Positions 31,622 to 43,670 of a stretch of DNA of 64,000 nucleotides are shown in pieces (within the stretch, counting starts at the first letter, position 1; each line of letters starts with the position of its first letter). The notes under the pieces are model-generated. The model was not told the origin of the DNA and made no database searches. It was given only the letters and a program-made list of their open reading frames with translations. The stretch lies in assembly GCA_000002445.1 (NCBI GenBank), contig CM000208.1, positions 1,472,001-1,536,000 on the forward strand, written 5' to 3'. The position numbers were made by a program, and so were the translations under genes. Source of the DNA: Trypanosoma brucei (lineage: Eukaryota).

Positions 31622-34600
31622 TTAGTCAAAACGACAAAGCCGGAGAAATTCTTCCAACGTAGCGCGGCGCGTCACAATCTTCTCAACCTGTGAATAACAC
31701 TCCCTATCATCCATGACCTCATCAAACATGGCGCGCAGGCCGCGCTCCTCGTGTGTCCCTCCATTGGTTTCGGCATTCCCCTGCTGAGTTTTCTCAGGAG
31801 TCATCAGCTCACAAGTACTGTTCTCATCTACATCCCTGCCGCCGACTGCATCAGCATCTGCGTAAAGATAGTCTACACAGAGTAGGCAGCCTTTAAGCAT
31901 TGACCGCACCTCCATACTAAGCGAAGCCTCATCTATATACGGTAAGACTTCCTCTGCAGTTGATAGCAACCCGTCCAGCAACGGCAAAAACGTCATTTTG
32001 AACACTGCCAACTTCAGGTTGTACGCGGTACGAAGTTCCACCTCTCCCGTGGCGGCCTCGATAGCATCCACCCACAGTTCATCCATGTCTAAGAGGTTTT
32101 CTGCGGTTTCAGTAAAGCGAAAATTAATGAGTTTATAACGGCATGAGTAAATATGATTAACGATGCTACTCAAATCCTGAAACATGATCCTTCGTGCCGC
32201 TCCACGGGTACGAGGAGCTGGCCGGTGCGTCACATACCTTGCTACTCTCGGGGAGAGCGTAGGAATGGTGGGACTGGCATTGAATGTGGGTGGCACTTTC
32301 GCTGCGGGTGACATGCCACCAGATTCGGGCGGTGCGGCTGCAATGACATTCCGCCACCGCTGCCAATATTTACGGAGGCAGTAAAAACTAGTGGTGAAGG
32401 AAAGCACCTTCACCTTAAGGTGGGCACGCTCTTCTATACGAAGGGTACGCACAAGCTTCACCCGCCCGCGCTGCATAACCCGATCGTAAGTGGCCCAAAT
32501 CCACCTGTTCCACCACATCCTCCGCACATTCGTTATGTGGGCATTGAGCATAACAGATGCCATCCTAGAAAGACTATTAAAGTTTTTCCTCTTGATGTTG
32601 CGCAACATATGCTCGCGTCGGAAGTACTTGCAATGAAGCCTCCATGCACGGAATGCATTTTCAGCCGCATTAAACGCATTGATCGTAGAATACCGGGTTA
32701 TCAACATCCCCACGCGATCCGAAATGCCGCAATACAAGGAATTATACAAATCCCGCTGCGCCGTACGGACAGATACTGCGTTTTCTCTGCACTGCATCAA
32801 TGTTAACAACAAACTACTGAAGTTGTTTTCCCGAGACTTTGCATGTGCATCAAGTGTTTTTCTAGCATCAAGTTTTACGATGGACGTGCCGCAATATGGC
32901 CTACAGAACAAAGAAGAACGGTTTGCTTTGATGTCATTGGCATCAAAACAAATCCTGGACACTTTGAGGATCGCAAACTGCTGAAGAACTGAAAGCGGAG
33001 CGAAGTTCACAAAGTGAGCGAGGGGATACTTTTTACACTCGCGGTGCATCTCCAAGTGAACAACCCTACCATTACTAAGCAACGACCCAACTTGCTGACG
33101 CTTCCAATCAACCAAACTGGGTGGGCCCAAGGCTGTGTCAGCAGACGGATGAGGGACCCTCGTGATCACTTTATCGGTCATAGTCGAAAACACCGAAAGA
33201 AGTCCATCATTGCGGGCGATCCACAGCTGGGACTTCATCTGGTCATTGAACAACAGCACAACGGGCTGCGAGTGTCTCTCTATTATGCGCCGCTGGAAAA
33301 CTATACTAAATGTAATGTCATCGGTCCTCTGAAAGGGATCTCTACGAGGGCTTTGGCCCGGGGAAGAACTCCCACCTTTGCCCTTCCGCAACTTGGGTGC
33401 GCACTGCATGTTCATCACGACACCCTCAACGGAAACGTAAAACCGCAAATTATTGAACACACAATACAGGGCACGATTGTTTGTCAACTCATCGAAGGTG
33501 TTGGCAAGTGCTCGGCGTCGAACCTCCTCCGGTGTTGGGTGTTCCAACAACGAGTAGTGGAGCTCAGGGGGATCTGGAAGGAGTCGCATTGTAACCGTTA
33601 TGACTGGCGGGAGATCTACAACAATGCCTGTCACTGTTCCACCATCTATGAGATCCTTGGTGAACTTCGCTTTCCGAGCATAAAGGTCATTAATTTGTCG
33701 ATGATCTGCCGCACCGCTGGTGCGCCCGCGCTCCTCCCTTCTACTGGGGGAACGGCAAGTGTTTACGTAACTCTGTGCTGAAACTTGCTCCACGTAACGT
33801 GCCCCAACTGAGTACGTAGGTAGGTACGATCGGCGCCCCGCAGAAGGCGTTCGGTAGAAGTCAGACACATCGTGCTCAGTTGACTCCGTAAGCACTGTTG
33901 CAACCTTTCCTGTGGCGGTCCTATGTGTACGGGATGCTTTTCTTTTCTTGGTTTTTGCGGACCGAGTTCGTGCGGTAGTTCCGCCATTTGGAGATGCAAC
34001 ACCACCGCCAGGAACGTCTCGACGATCCCTTGTACTAGACGTAAAGGGGTCCCAAGGTGCTTTGCTCCTCTTTACCTTGCCAACTGCTTTTGCGACTTTC
34101 TTCCCTGTCGTTTGAGATGTCCATTGAGTTGCCGCAGTCCGAGGAGTGCTACAGAGTGAACCTCTCAAACCATCAAATACGGACGCCCCAAATCGTGCAG
34201 TCGAAGGTGGCGATACCTTCCTCTGCTTCTTTATTGTGCTTACAGGTGTCCCCCTCCTGCTGGTGGATTTGTGTGGTTGGCACGCATCGGAACCCTTGGA
34301 TGTCGCAACACCATTTTTTCGAGTGCTGCAACTCGTTGTGGTGAAGCAAAGAGATGAAAGCTGCTGTTTTTGTGCCGGTGTTTTTGTTACCCTCGACACG
34401 CCTCTCGCCGATACCTGTGAAATAACACCGATGCCCTGTGACTGCTCCCGCACGGCAAGTCTCGGCGTTGAAGCTGACGTTCGGGTAGAAAGCCGTCCTG
34501 CTCTCCCTCCGGTGTTCAAGCCACTAGATCTGTTGGTTTTCGTGCTCAGTCTACCAGCAACAGACCGTGGGGTATTAACGCGCTGACGCGGACTCAGTGG

Positions 34601-36256
34601 TGTGCAAAATGAGTCATTGCCTTGCGGCGTCAGAGAACGATTCGTGCGTTCGTTTGAATTGCTTCGGTTTCCAAGAGATAGATTTGGTGTAAACCTTGAG
34701 CTGTCCGCGAAGCCATCCAACGCAGAAGTAGTTGGCGAATACCGCACAGGGTGTGGGTACGGATCCGATACGTCGTTGGCTAAGCAAGACTCCAACTCCT
34801 CATCCAGATCCCACAGATGTACTGTTCCATGTACATCACCAGAGAAGATGAGATTAACGCGTTTGCTTTGCACAGGCTCTGGCGCCAGTGGCGGCATAAG
34901 AATCTCCAACTCACGTTCCACGTCGCGCATCTCGCGCTCTGAAAGCCGTAACATGAAACGGTGCTCTTCACGTCTCTCCCATCGCGTCATGTCCTGAAAC
35001 GCGCGCCTGCTTTTAATAAGCTTTGACGCTGTTGCTTCCTTCGGATCGCGCGTCATGGCAACCACGTCACGAGGCTTTGTATAATTCCGCGTCGTCACTA
35101 CTGTGCTAATCCACTTGAGGGTGCGCAGGCCCCCAACACCACCCTTTAGTTTAAAGAGTGGTCTAACCTTCACCATCGTACAGGTAGAAAGGATGTTGCC
35201 TGGCGAACCTCCAGATGGTGAATTCACCGAAAAGGTAACAGCATCAGCCCTAAAAGAAGTGGTCCATGAGTTATAATCCTTCATCCCCGACGATCTTGCT
35301 CGACAAATAACCCTCATTTCCTCGATACAGCCGTATATTTTTTTCAAGTCCCATACCGCAATGCAAGAATCCTCAGAGGCAGTGCACACGAGAGAAAGAT
35401 GCTCACGCCCCTCTCCACCTAGTTGGGACGTGGCCGCCGTAAGCTCATGAACGGCGGCGCTCAGTCGGCTCTCCATGGCGACGTCAGTAACTTTATCATC
35501 CTCGTGGCAGGGACTACGTGCAATGGCAACGATGGCGCCCTTATGGTACTTGGGAAGCTCAAAGACGATATCCGCAATTTCCCCCTTGGCCATCATCGCA
35601 GAACGATCGCTCTCGCACACTCGCTGCGCGCTAGCAGGAAATAGCCGTATAGAGCCGTCACCAAAGCCAATCCACATATAATCCGTATTGATGAGTAATG
35701 ACTCCCGCACATGCAGAAGTTGTTTGGGAGAGTCAATAGGGATCACTTCCAACTGCCTGTTGATAAGACCCTTGAACGGTGCGTGCATGAGGGACGATAT
35801 CAAAACACCCCGCTTCGGATCGGTAATAACCATCACCACAGCACCTGTGAGGGCATCAATCACGATAACCCTGCCTTCATTTGTGCTCTCAACGGCCCAT
35901 ATTGTAGTGGTTGACCACTGCAAATCTAACGTCTTACAGAATTGGGGTGACGGTACGCAGTCTATATTACCTTGTCCCTCAACTGTGATGGCCCTTGAGT
36001 TCGCATTAAGCTGCCTTAGGGCCCTTTTAATGACACCTAAACGCGGTAATGTGCGCACGCAAACCATAAGCCGTGCCTTTAATAGGCTTGAATTGAGCGG
36101 TGAGTTGGGCTCATGCGAAAGAACGATTTGATCTTTCTTTTTGAGAATATTCTCCCACAATTCTTCAAATGCTTCATTCCACCGCTCGGGGTTTTTGACA
36201 GCGGTGGCGGCAGTGGATGAAGCCACCATCCGTGCAGTCAGCGACCAAAGAAACAA
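31622..36256 (-). CDS. Large hypothetical protein (1544 aa) with WD-repeat-like segments and a central Ser/Thr/Arg-rich disordered region.
   Basis: Uninterrupted 4.6-kb ORF. WD-like motifs are present (GDVHGTVHLWDLDEE, SEDSCIAVWDL). Confidence 0.65.
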   Translation of the reverse strand: MFLWSLTARMVASSTAATAVKNPERWNEAFEELWENILKKKDQIVLSHEPNSPLNSSLLKARLMVCVRTLPRLGVIKRALRQLNANSRAITVEGQGNIDCVPSPQFCKTLDLQWSTTTIWAVESTNEGRVIVIDALTGAVVMVITDPKRGVLISSLMHAPFKGLINRQLEVIPIDSPKQLLHVRESLLINTDYMWIGFGDGSIRLFPASAQRVCESDRSAMMAKGEIADIVFELPKYHKGAIVAIARSPCHEDDKVTDVAMESRLSAAVHELTAATSQLGGEGREHLSLVCTASEDSCIAVWDLKKIYGCIEEMRVICRARSSGMKDYNSWTTSFRADAVTFSVNSPSGGSPGNILSTCTMVKVRPLFKLKGGVGGLRTLKWISTVVTTRNYTKPRDVVAMTRDPKEATASKLIKSRRAFQDMTRWERREEHRFMLRLSEREMRDVERELEILMPPLAPEPVQSKRVNLIFSGDVHGTVHLWDLDEELESCLANDVSDPYPHPVRYSPTTSALDGFADSSRFTPNLSLGNRSNSNERTNRSLTPQGNDSFCTPLSPRQRVNTPRSVAGRLSTKTNRSSGLNTGGRAGRLSTRTSASTPRLAVREQSQGIGVISQVSARGVSRVTKTPAQKQQLSSLCFTTTSCSTRKNGVATSKGSDACQPHKSTSRRGTPVSTIKKQRKVSPPSTARFGASVFDGLRGSLCSTPRTAATQWTSQTTGKKVAKAVGKVKRSKAPWDPFTSSTRDRRDVPGGGVASPNGGTTARTRSAKTKKRKASRTHRTATGKVATVLTESTEHDVSDFYRTPSAGRRSYLPTYSVGARYVEQVSAQSYVNTCRSPSRREERGRTSGAADHRQINDLYARKAKFTKDLIDGGTVTGIVVDLPPVITVTMRLLPDPPELHYSLLEHPTPEEVRRRALANTFDELTNNRALYCVFNNLRFYVSVEGVVMNMQCAPKLRKGKGGSSSPGQSPRRDPFQRTDDITFSIVFQRRIIERHSQPVVLLFNDQMKSQLWIARNDGLLSVFSTMTDKVITRVPHPSADTALGPPSLVDWKRQQVGSLLSNGRVVHLEMHRECKKYPLAHFVNFAPLSVLQQFAILKVSRICFDANDIKANRSSLFCRPYCGTSIVKLDARKTLDAHAKSRENNFSSLLLTLMQCRENAVSVRTAQRDLYNSLYCGISDRVGMLITRYSTINAFNAAENAFRAWRLHCKYFRREHMLRNIKRKNFNSLSRMASVMLNAHITNVRRMWWNRWIWATYDRVMQRGRVKLVRTLRIEERAHLKVKVLSFTTSFYCLRKYWQRWRNVIAAAPPESGGMSPAAKVPPTFNASPTIPTLSPRVARYVTHRPAPRTRGAARRIMFQDLSSIVNHIYSCRYKLINFRFTETAENLLDMDELWVDAIEAATGEVELRTAYNLKLAVFKMTFLPLLDGLLSTAEEVLPYIDEASLSMEVRSMLKGCLLCVDYLYADADAVGGRDVDENSTCELMTPEKTQQGNAETNGGTHEERGLRAMFDEVMDDRECYSQVEKIVTRRATLEEFLRLCRFD

Positions 36257-37206
36257 TGGGCACCGGCGGCAGAGAAAGGCTCCACAGATAGCAGCTTGCC
36301 TCCTCTCTATTTAGCTGCTCCTGCTGTTGTACTTCGCATATTAAATTACGATTGTAACGCATGTTCAGGAACGAACCAAGTTGGTACAGTAGAGAGGAAA
36401 AAAAAAAGAATAAGGTGATAAAAATAGGGACAAAAGTAACTTTCACACAGTGCATCTTGTGGTGGCAAGCACACCACAGGGAAAACAAGAAAAAGGGGGA
36501 ATGGAAGGATGCTGAAAAACACATGAAGAGGTAAACCCCAAAACACCAGCCAAACAAGTGAGACACGCGATATTCCGCATGTACTGGTGCTAGCATAAGC
36601 TGCAAAGGCGTATAATTAAAAAATAAAATTTCTCTGAATGGAGTAAAAGGGTGAGCATATGCGTGCGCAGGCCATTATTGCAACTTGCCTCCCTTTGCGA
36701 CGCTTCCCGACACACAGCGACAGTGAGAAGGTTAGACAGGGAAACAAATGCAACAAATAATCAAACAAACAAGAAAGTTAAGTAAAGTAGAGGAGAACCA
36801 AAAGAGTTTCCCAACCCCTTTTGAAGAGACCTTTTTTTCTGCGTAGGCATTCTGCTCATGTGCTGCTGCCGAAGACGTTTTTTCTCTTCCTCCCGTCCAA
36901 TGCTGCACATGCCAAATGTTGACGACCTCTATGTGTTAAAAATAAAACGCCAACATTCTCTATGGTATTGCCATCACCAACAACTTCAATTTGCTCTGTT
37001 CTATGATTACACCAAATTACTGTCAATGTATTTTTCTCCCCCTTTCGTCTGAATGTCATTAAACACAAGCGCCCCTCAGTTAAGGCAACCACGAGAGCCC
37101 AATTGCTCCCTATGGCTCTTACCCAATGCTTTCTTGTCTTTTTCTTGAAAAGTTATACAAGACTGAATGTGAAAAGTTAACAACAATGAACACTCCTAAA
37201 ATAACC

Positions 37207-40200
37207 CTATTCGTATTCCATCGTTGCGATGAAAACTTCGCTGTTGTCAAAACCATCAAGACAGGAGGTATTTGTACGTTGCGTTAAAGTCAAGGTCGGT
37301 GTATCTACTGTTGGGAGGCTCCCCATCACCGAGTGAGTCTCCTGTGAAGACCCAATAAACTCCCCTTCCACAGAAGAGGCAGTCAAGTTGCTGCCTTCCA
37401 TCCCCACTTTGCCGGCACATGATAAATTAGTCCCAACCTCCTTGTGGGGTATGCGCCAGCCGTCTGCCGACAGCATTCGATTACCAACCCAATGAGTCCC
37501 CAAAGAAGATCGCTGGTCCCCGGTTTGTGGCGACACGCCACCCTTCCCTGCGAACCTCGGCGCCGGCATGTGCTCGGGCAGAGAGTTTCCGCATAAATCC
37601 AAGCTCGGGGAAACATCGCGTGGCCGCTTGGTAACGCTGGCAGGAAGTATGTTTGGTGTGCCATCCAGCTTAGCAGCACGGCGTAGGGAAGATACGAAGG
37701 CCATCACCGTGTGATCCGTACTTGAGGCCAGTTTCTCCCGTTGTGATAGGATGCTGACTAATGCAACCGCATCATTCCTCAACAATCGGGAGCAATATGG
37801 TACCAAAGCCAGGAGGACTGTAGGGTCTACAGTTGCTGCAAATTCAATACCACAGCGGACGATGCCGACGCATGCAGAATAGTATTTGTCAGGTAATGGC
37901 CAGTGCATAGAAGATAGCTTTACTCCAACCGCTGAGAGGCTGTCAGCGGATTGCTCACGAGCAGCCAACAGAACTGACCACTCCAACGAGAGGCTGTCAC
38001 CGCTGTGGTCGCGCAACTTACGAAAGAGGCACCTAAAAATATCCGACACCGCCTTTGTTGGTGCATGACCCCACTGTGCAAGAACTCGCGGACCAGCAGA
38101 CTCTGGTAGTCTCTTCAGCATCATCAACCTCGCAACTCCCATACTCACACGCATTTGTGACGATTCCAGGTATGAAACTTTTCTGCGCAGTGGCGCCAAG
38201 GGAATAGGTTGGTCACCCTCAAGTGCTCCAGCTTCTGCCTTCTTTAACTCTTCCCGCGCACTGGTCACCTTCGATCCCAATAACTGCGACAACTGCGCAA
38301 ATCTATCCAACACCTCATTCCTTTCCGCTTCTGAAAGGATATAGTGGGGAAGCACGCAAAGGTCACACAAAATGAGCATGCCATCAACCAATAACCCAGT
38401 TGCATCTGCCCCCACATGCTCGGCATAAGCTGTCCACATAAGTGAAACGCAACGAAACAGCTCTCCAATCAATTGACTAATGACATCTCTTACATCGGAC
38501 GTGACGCCGCTATCATCGGCACCGCCCGGTGTTGTCGGTTCTCTATGTTCGTGTGTCTGCTCTTGCGCCTCACGGAGTTGCCACAAAACACAACGGACCA
38601 AACTCGTCAAAACAAGTTGGATAAGTTCTGGAGATGCCCGCGCTTCCACATGATGAAGGAAAGATGACTTGAAGAGGGTCAACAAATCCCCCATCGGTAC
38701 CAATGACGAAACAATACTTACCCTAGTCCACAGATGCAGTTGTTCCCTCTCCCATGCCTCGCCACTGGCGCGTGAAGGCGTACTACCGTTTGCTGTCAGC
38801 TGCTTGACAACTTGTCGCCGCAACTCCTGAAGTTGACCCTTCGCCTCCACTACCAAGGGATGCTCCTCGGATACCAACGCGTGCCATGCACCTGTTATTG
38901 GAACAAGAGAAAGTTGATCACTGTGCGGAAGTGCAGCAGTAACTTTGCGCATCAGCACCAGGAGTGACTTAATTTGAGAAACATCCTGCAGTGATATGAA
39001 AGCTTCCATATCCATAGCGGAAATAACGGCCGCGACGGCACCCACCACTGCCACATCACTTCGATGCCTCTCCAGAACACCGGTCAACACAACACCTACA
39101 TCGCGGCTCATCGACCCGATCACCGCGGTGATTGCCTCTTGCTTGTCTGCACTGATTTTTTTTTCTTGCGCACCCTTACGGTCATCCTTGGGAATTGGTC
39201 CCAAGTCTGTACGACCGCGCAATTTCTCGAGCAGCGCTGACAAAAAACCTAGGGCAACAACTACGTCTGTGGCGGCGTCGGACTGAGCGAGCTTCAATAT
39301 CGGCCCATACTCTCTTAGTAGCGGGGGTATATCTTGCGGAGGTGTGTAGAGGGAATCAACAATATATCTCTCAGGCATCATCTCTCCGTGCTGTGAACGG
39401 AGCATGGCAGCAAATGTGCACAGCAGTTCTGTCATGGCCTGGAGGCCAGCACTCTCGTCACGCTCATCAGTGGGAAGGCGTGTTTCAATAAAATCATGGA
39501 GAAGGGCACCAGCCTCGCGTCGGATTGTTGGGCATTCACTAAAGATGTTGAGCAAAACACTGTCGATCATCTCGTTATTGAGAAGCTGCTTATCTTCTGC
39601 TTCAGCAGAGAATATTCGTAGAATTCGACGGATAACACCGATCGCCAACTGGGAGCAATGTAGGTTGACATCATTACACATCTCAACAAGACGCTTGGAA
39701 AAGTACTGGAGGAAAAGGAACATCCGGCTGCCGCTGTCTGGTATGGAGTCGAGCGTCTCCTGAATCATCGCGAGGGCCTCGGCACGTATCTCCGGACGCT
39801 TATCATACAGCGCCATGCCAAAGTAGCGGAAGTACTTGTTCTCAGCAAATTCCTCGTCAAACTTTAGGATCCAACCCTTCAGGCTCTCAAATACCAACAA
39901 ACGAATTTCAGGTGCCACGTCACGAGCCCGCTGATGAACAGTCTGAGTTAATATTTGGTTGCGCTGCTCCACTACCGCTTGAATGACCCGCTGCTTTGCA
40001 TCAGCATGTTTCTTGTTGCGTTTGTCTGCGCATACCTGACCGTTGAGAGTTTGTATAACGCAACTGAGCGCATCAACAACGTATAGAAGAGTGGCCGTGG
40101 ATGTATGCCGGAAACAGCGGGCTTTGCTTTCGCTCATGGCCACGAGCCATGCCACAACGGTTGGCAGTAGAAATTGGTCGAACATTAGGTTCTCGCTATA

Positions 40201-40701
40201 GGAGAGCTCCACGAGACGCATGAAAAATTGTCCGTAAGCGATTCGCAACTTCTGGCTCTTAGGATCTCTTTGCGAAAACAAGTAAGCAGGGGCATTTTCT
40301 GGCACATGCGCAAACATTTCATCAAGAAGTGTGTTCATATCCGTATTTCCTTCCACTGCGGCGGCGCCCAACTCACCATCCACTACACCCGATACCTTAC
40401 CGACTAAATTCAAAATGGCAGCGCATAACTCCTGCCGATTTCCCTCACAGTAGAGACGAAGGACATCAGAAGCCACACGAGAAGGTGAAACACCACCTGC
40501 GAGGGCCGTGAACAGTGATTCCATCAGGGAAGTACCCTCCTCTGGAACAATAACTGGTGCAGTGGGTTCTTCGGTGCATAACTTCGCAGCCTTCCCCGAC
40601 GCATCAACATTCTTCGGCCGTTCCCTTTCGTTCTTCGGTGTTGGAGACACCTTCGCAGCCTTCGGCTTCTGTGACACTTTAGTCTTCACCTTCCTGGGCA
40701 T
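37207..40701 (-). CDS. SCC3: Cohesin subunit SCC3/SA (STAG-domain protein).
   Basis: STAG/stromalin conserved-domain signature: ARCFRHTSTATLLYVVDALSCV ... RARDVAPEIRLLVFESLKGWILKF...YFRYFGMALYDKRPEIRAEAL. Compare human SA1/SA2 VRAFRHTSTLAAMKLM...[23 protein letters not shown]...YLKYVGWTLHDRQGEVR. The motif sits at approx 40080-40120. The protein is 1164 aa with a basic N-terminus. Confidence 0.7.
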   Translation of the reverse strand: MPRKVKTKVSQKPKAAKVSPTPKNERERPKNVDASGKAAKLCTEEPTAPVIVPEEGTSLMESLFTALAGGVSPSRVASDVLRLYCEGNRQELCAAILNLVGKVSGVVDGELGAAAVEGNTDMNTLLDEMFAHVPENAPAYLFSQRDPKSQKLRIAYGQFFMRLVELSYSENLMFDQFLLPTVVAWLVAMSESKARCFRHTSTATLLYVVDALSCVIQTLNGQVCADKRNKKHADAKQRVIQAVVEQRNQILTQTVHQRARDVAPEIRLLVFESLKGWILKFDEEFAENKYFRYFGMALYDKRPEIRAEALAMIQETLDSIPDSGSRMFLFLQYFSKRLVEMCNDVNLHCSQLAIGVIRRILRIFSAEAEDKQLLNNEMIDSVLLNIFSECPTIRREAGALLHDFIETRLPTDERDESAGLQAMTELLCTFAAMLRSQHGEMMPERYIVDSLYTPPQDIPPLLREYGPILKLAQSDAATDVVVALGFLSALLEKLRGRTDLGPIPKDDRKGAQEKKISADKQEAITAVIGSMSRDVGVVLTGVLERHRSDVAVVGAVAAVISAMDMEAFISLQDVSQIKSLLVLMRKVTAALPHSDQLSLVPITGAWHALVSEEHPLVVEAKGQLQELRRQVVKQLTANGSTPSRASGEAWEREQLHLWTRVSIVSSLVPMGDLLTLFKSSFLHHVEARASPELIQLVLTSLVRCVLWQLREAQEQTHEHREPTTPGGADDSGVTSDVRDVISQLIGELFRCVSLMWTAYAEHVGADATGLLVDGMLILCDLCVLPHYILSEAERNEVLDRFAQLSQLLGSKVTSAREELKKAEAGALEGDQPIPLAPLRRKVSYLESSQMRVSMGVARLMMLKRLPESAGPRVLAQWGHAPTKAVSDIFRCLFRKLRDHSGDSLSLEWSVLLAAREQSADSLSAVGVKLSSMHWPLPDKYYSACVGIVRCGIEFAATVDPTVLLALVPYCSRLLRNDAVALVSILSQREKLASSTDHTVMAFVSSLRRAAKLDGTPNILPASVTKRPRDVSPSLDLCGNSLPEHMPAPRFAGKGGVSPQTGDQRSSLGTHWVGNRMLSADGWRIPHKEVGTNLSCAGKVGMEGSNLTASSVEGEFIGSSQETHSVMGSLPTVDTPTLTLTQRTNTSCLDGFDNSEVFIATMEYE

Positions 40702-41317
40702 TTACGCAAGTCACACAGCTATTTTCACCTTCTATTGGCACAGCAACGTCCAAATAATTTCAAATAAATACACCTCCGTTCTTCACCACCTTTACGTATT
40801 TCTTTTCCCACCCCTTTTGTCTCTCTTGGTATCCGCACAAAGTTGTATTGAGATACCCAACTGTAATAGTCACTGATTTGCCGATGAAGATATCTAACTT
40901 CCGAAATCTGATGGTAAAAGAAAGAGATATAGGTGGGGAAACGTAGCGAAATGATTCAGATAAAGCAACCAGCTAAACAGCACCTGAGAACGGATCTGGT
41001 CAAAGAGAGGAAAAACAAAACGTGCAATTACGTCCCGCACTTGCGTGCATCGCGTTTGGTGGTTCCATTATTCCTCCGTCTGTAACGCAGCCTTACATTG
41101 CGAACGATTTCACACACCGCGACCTCCATTTGTTTCCTCAACACTCTTTTTCACCATACAGCAAATGAACTGAAAGAGTCTATAGGGGAGGGCATAGGAT
41201 ATATGAGGAATAGAAATCAGGAACGGAGGCGAGGGCACCCTTAACGAGTATTTCAAGAAACGAAAAAGGTGAAGATCACGGAGAAGTTAGACACGGCCAC
41301 TCCTCGCGCGTGTCTCT

Positions 41318-41854
41318 TCATGAACATAGCAACTCCATCAGTGATGTTGGCATCGCCGGAGCGGGCGCGCCAGGCTGCGTTACTCGTCGAATCGTTGTTG
41401 GTGGTGCGGGTTCCTTGAGAAGTCCACACTGCGCCTCTGCAGTGCGGTTCATCATCGGGACCACCTGAAGTGTCGGCAGGGGAACCAGTTCATCGTCAGC
41501 TGGCACTTCGATTGGCGGCTCCGGCGGAATAAGTTGTGGAATGGCAAGCGGGGCTGCTGTGGGGTCGGCTGCTCCCTCCCCAGCCGCTGCATCTCCCTCA
41601 CACGCCATCCCAACTCGCACCTGCTCAGATGTGGTGGAAACAAGAGGCGCAATTTCCCCACTGGCAGCCACATCGGGTTGCCCATCAACCTGCACAGCTA
41701 CTTGCTGTGATTCCTGCTCCTTTTGAAGCACCTGAGAGACGTCGAACTCCTCAAACTTCGACAATGCGCCACGGCCTGCTTTCCGACCTTGGGTCTCAGC
41801 GCTAGCCGCGCGTTCACTGGTGGTTTGCTTCTTCTTGGTGGTCTTTTTCGCCAT
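41318..41854 (-). CDS. Small hypothetical protein (178 aa) with a basic N-terminus and an acidic, Pro-rich remainder.
   Basis: ORF in the same orientation, sitting in the gap between SCC3 and the proteasome alpha gene. It has no recognisable domain. The call rests on position and orientation. Confidence 0.4.
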   Translation of the reverse strand: MAKKTTKKKQTTSERAASAETQGRKAGRGALSKFEEFDVSQVLQKEQESQQVAVQVDGQPDVAASGEIAPLVSTTSEQVRVGMACEGDAAAGEGAADPTAAPLAIPQLIPPEPPIEVPADDELVPLPTLQVVPMMNRTAEAQCGLLKEPAPPTTIRRVTQPGAPAPAMPTSLMELLCS

Positions 41855-42541
41855 CTTCGTCTAACTCGCTCTTTCGTTAAGATGTGAAGGACTATAGCAC
41901 GTGTTAAGAGATTGAAAGAAGATGATGGGGCGACGCAGGGACTGTAGAGAGGAAATGATAAAATAAAGCAACCAAATGTTGGGTGGCAACCCAAGAGCAA
42001 GCATCTTATTTCGGTTGAGAAAAATGGCTTCTGTTAGACGGGCCGGCAGCGCTTCAGCGGCTCGAAAGAGAGCGCGACGAAACGGACAAAAGGAAAAATG
42101 GAACTACGTCTTAGTGCCAAGATGAGTCTCCCGAAACTTCTTTTGCCCACTTGAGGGGGCTCAAAGCTACCTTCAGTTGTTGTATTTACTTCCTCTAACC
42201 CCCTGAAAAGTCTCCATCGCCTTCGACAACCCCGTTATTTCCATATATGAATATTTCCACGACGAATGCAGAAGCGCCTGGGGCAGCCTAACTGATGCGC
42301 TTGGAGAAAACGAAACGGTAAGAAGAACAGTAGCAGAGTACGAGTACATTACCTAAGGAAGGGGAAACGAGACTGAAGCAGTGGAAGGAAGAGAGAAGGG
42401 GAAGGGAATGGAAGGGATGGGATGGGGGAACACAACCACAACACCCGTCACACCCCACACCCTCGAACTGCTACCATCCCCTCCTCCTCCAGCAAACGCT
42501 CCAAGTGATAGAAATAAGAGCTAATTCAGGTCGATGCATCA

Positions 42542-43342
42542 TCACTCCTCAACGTCAGGGGGTTGCTCGTGTAATTCATCATCATCCTCTTCGTTGTCTG
42601 CAACGGCGGGGATGTCTTCTGGGCGCGTCTTAAACCCATCCAGATACTTGCGCGCCTCTTCTTCCGTGAGAATAGTAAAGGGGGTGCCCTTTCCTACAAT
42701 GGCAATGGTGGTGTTTTTAATGTTCAGTTCTACACCACCAGAGGTCGCCGCGCCAAGAGCCCTCAACGCATGCATAACCAACTCGTCCAAATCACACGCG
42801 GGAAACCCTCTAAAGTGCCTCTCCAAGTAGGTACGTGCTGCCTGAGAACGCAACCCCATCGCGGTTGCCTTAAAATCAAACACATCACCTGAGGGCACCG
42901 TTTGGTAAAGGCGTGGCCCCTGGCGATCATAACCGGCAATTAAGAGACCGACACCAAAGGGACGCTTACCCGCAAATTGAATGTGGCGCTGGTGCTTCGC
43001 GCCCACCATGTCAGCAAGCATAACAAGTGGAGCGTCGCTATCGTGCATGTAGCGATAATTCATACATTCTGTACGTAGAAAACGAGAGAGCGCACGGCCG
43101 TCTGCCACGAGGCCACTGATTGCCATGCCAACGTGCTCATCCAATTTGAATGCCTTCTCTTGATAGGATGATAGCCCTGACACGGGATTGCGTTTCAAGG
43201 CCGTGAGTACGACATAATCGGCGCCCTTAACTCCAACCGCAGCGGAGCCATTGTTCACCGCCTCATTTGCGTATTCCACTTGAAACAACCTCCCGGTTGG
43301 GCTCCACGTGGTGGTATCCGTGTCGTACTGGTTTTTAAACAT
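42542..43342 (-). CDS. 20S proteasome alpha subunit, type 1 (PSMA1 ortholog).
   Basis: [29 protein letters not shown]...[47 protein letters not shown] is near-colinear with human PSMA1 ([29 protein letters not shown]...[47 protein letters not shown]). The acidic C-terminal tail matches too. Confidence 0.9.
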   Translation of the reverse strand: MFKNQYDTDTTTWSPTGRLFQVEYANEAVNNGSAAVGVKGADYVVLTALKRNPVSGLSSYQEKAFKLDEHVGMAISGLVADGRALSRFLRTECMNYRYMHDSDAPLVMLADMVGAKHQRHIQFAGKRPFGVGLLIAGYDRQGPRLYQTVPSGDVFDFKATAMGLRSQAARTYLERHFRGFPACDLDELVMHALRALGAATSGGVELNIKNTTIAIVGKGTPFTILTEEEARKYLDGFKTRPEDIPAVADNEEDDDELHEQPPDVEE

Positions 43343-43643
43343 TTTGCCTCCTTCGCCAAACTTTCAGTGGGACCCAATTCTTTCTTTTTTATTATTCTGC
43401 TATCTATCCCCTTTTTTGTGTGTTTTGACGTTTCTCTTCTCAGTTTCTATGTCACCTCACCTATATCGAATGATGGAGCTCCTGGAAATACAATTACTTT
43501 CGTATATTTTATTGCCTTGTACCACAAAGTTCCTTCTTCTTGTCCTCTTCCTGACGCTTAAAAGTAGGGGACTTTATTTGCCTTTCTCCCGTCAACAGTT
43601 GCTTTTGTAGATTGTGAAAGTTCTTAAATAATTGTGTTTAGCA

Positions 43644-43670
43644 TATATATATATATATATATATATATAG
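43644..43670. repeat. (AT)n microsatellite.
   Basis: catatatatatatatatatatatatatag is directly visible upstream of the proteasome alpha gene. Confidence 0.9.
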
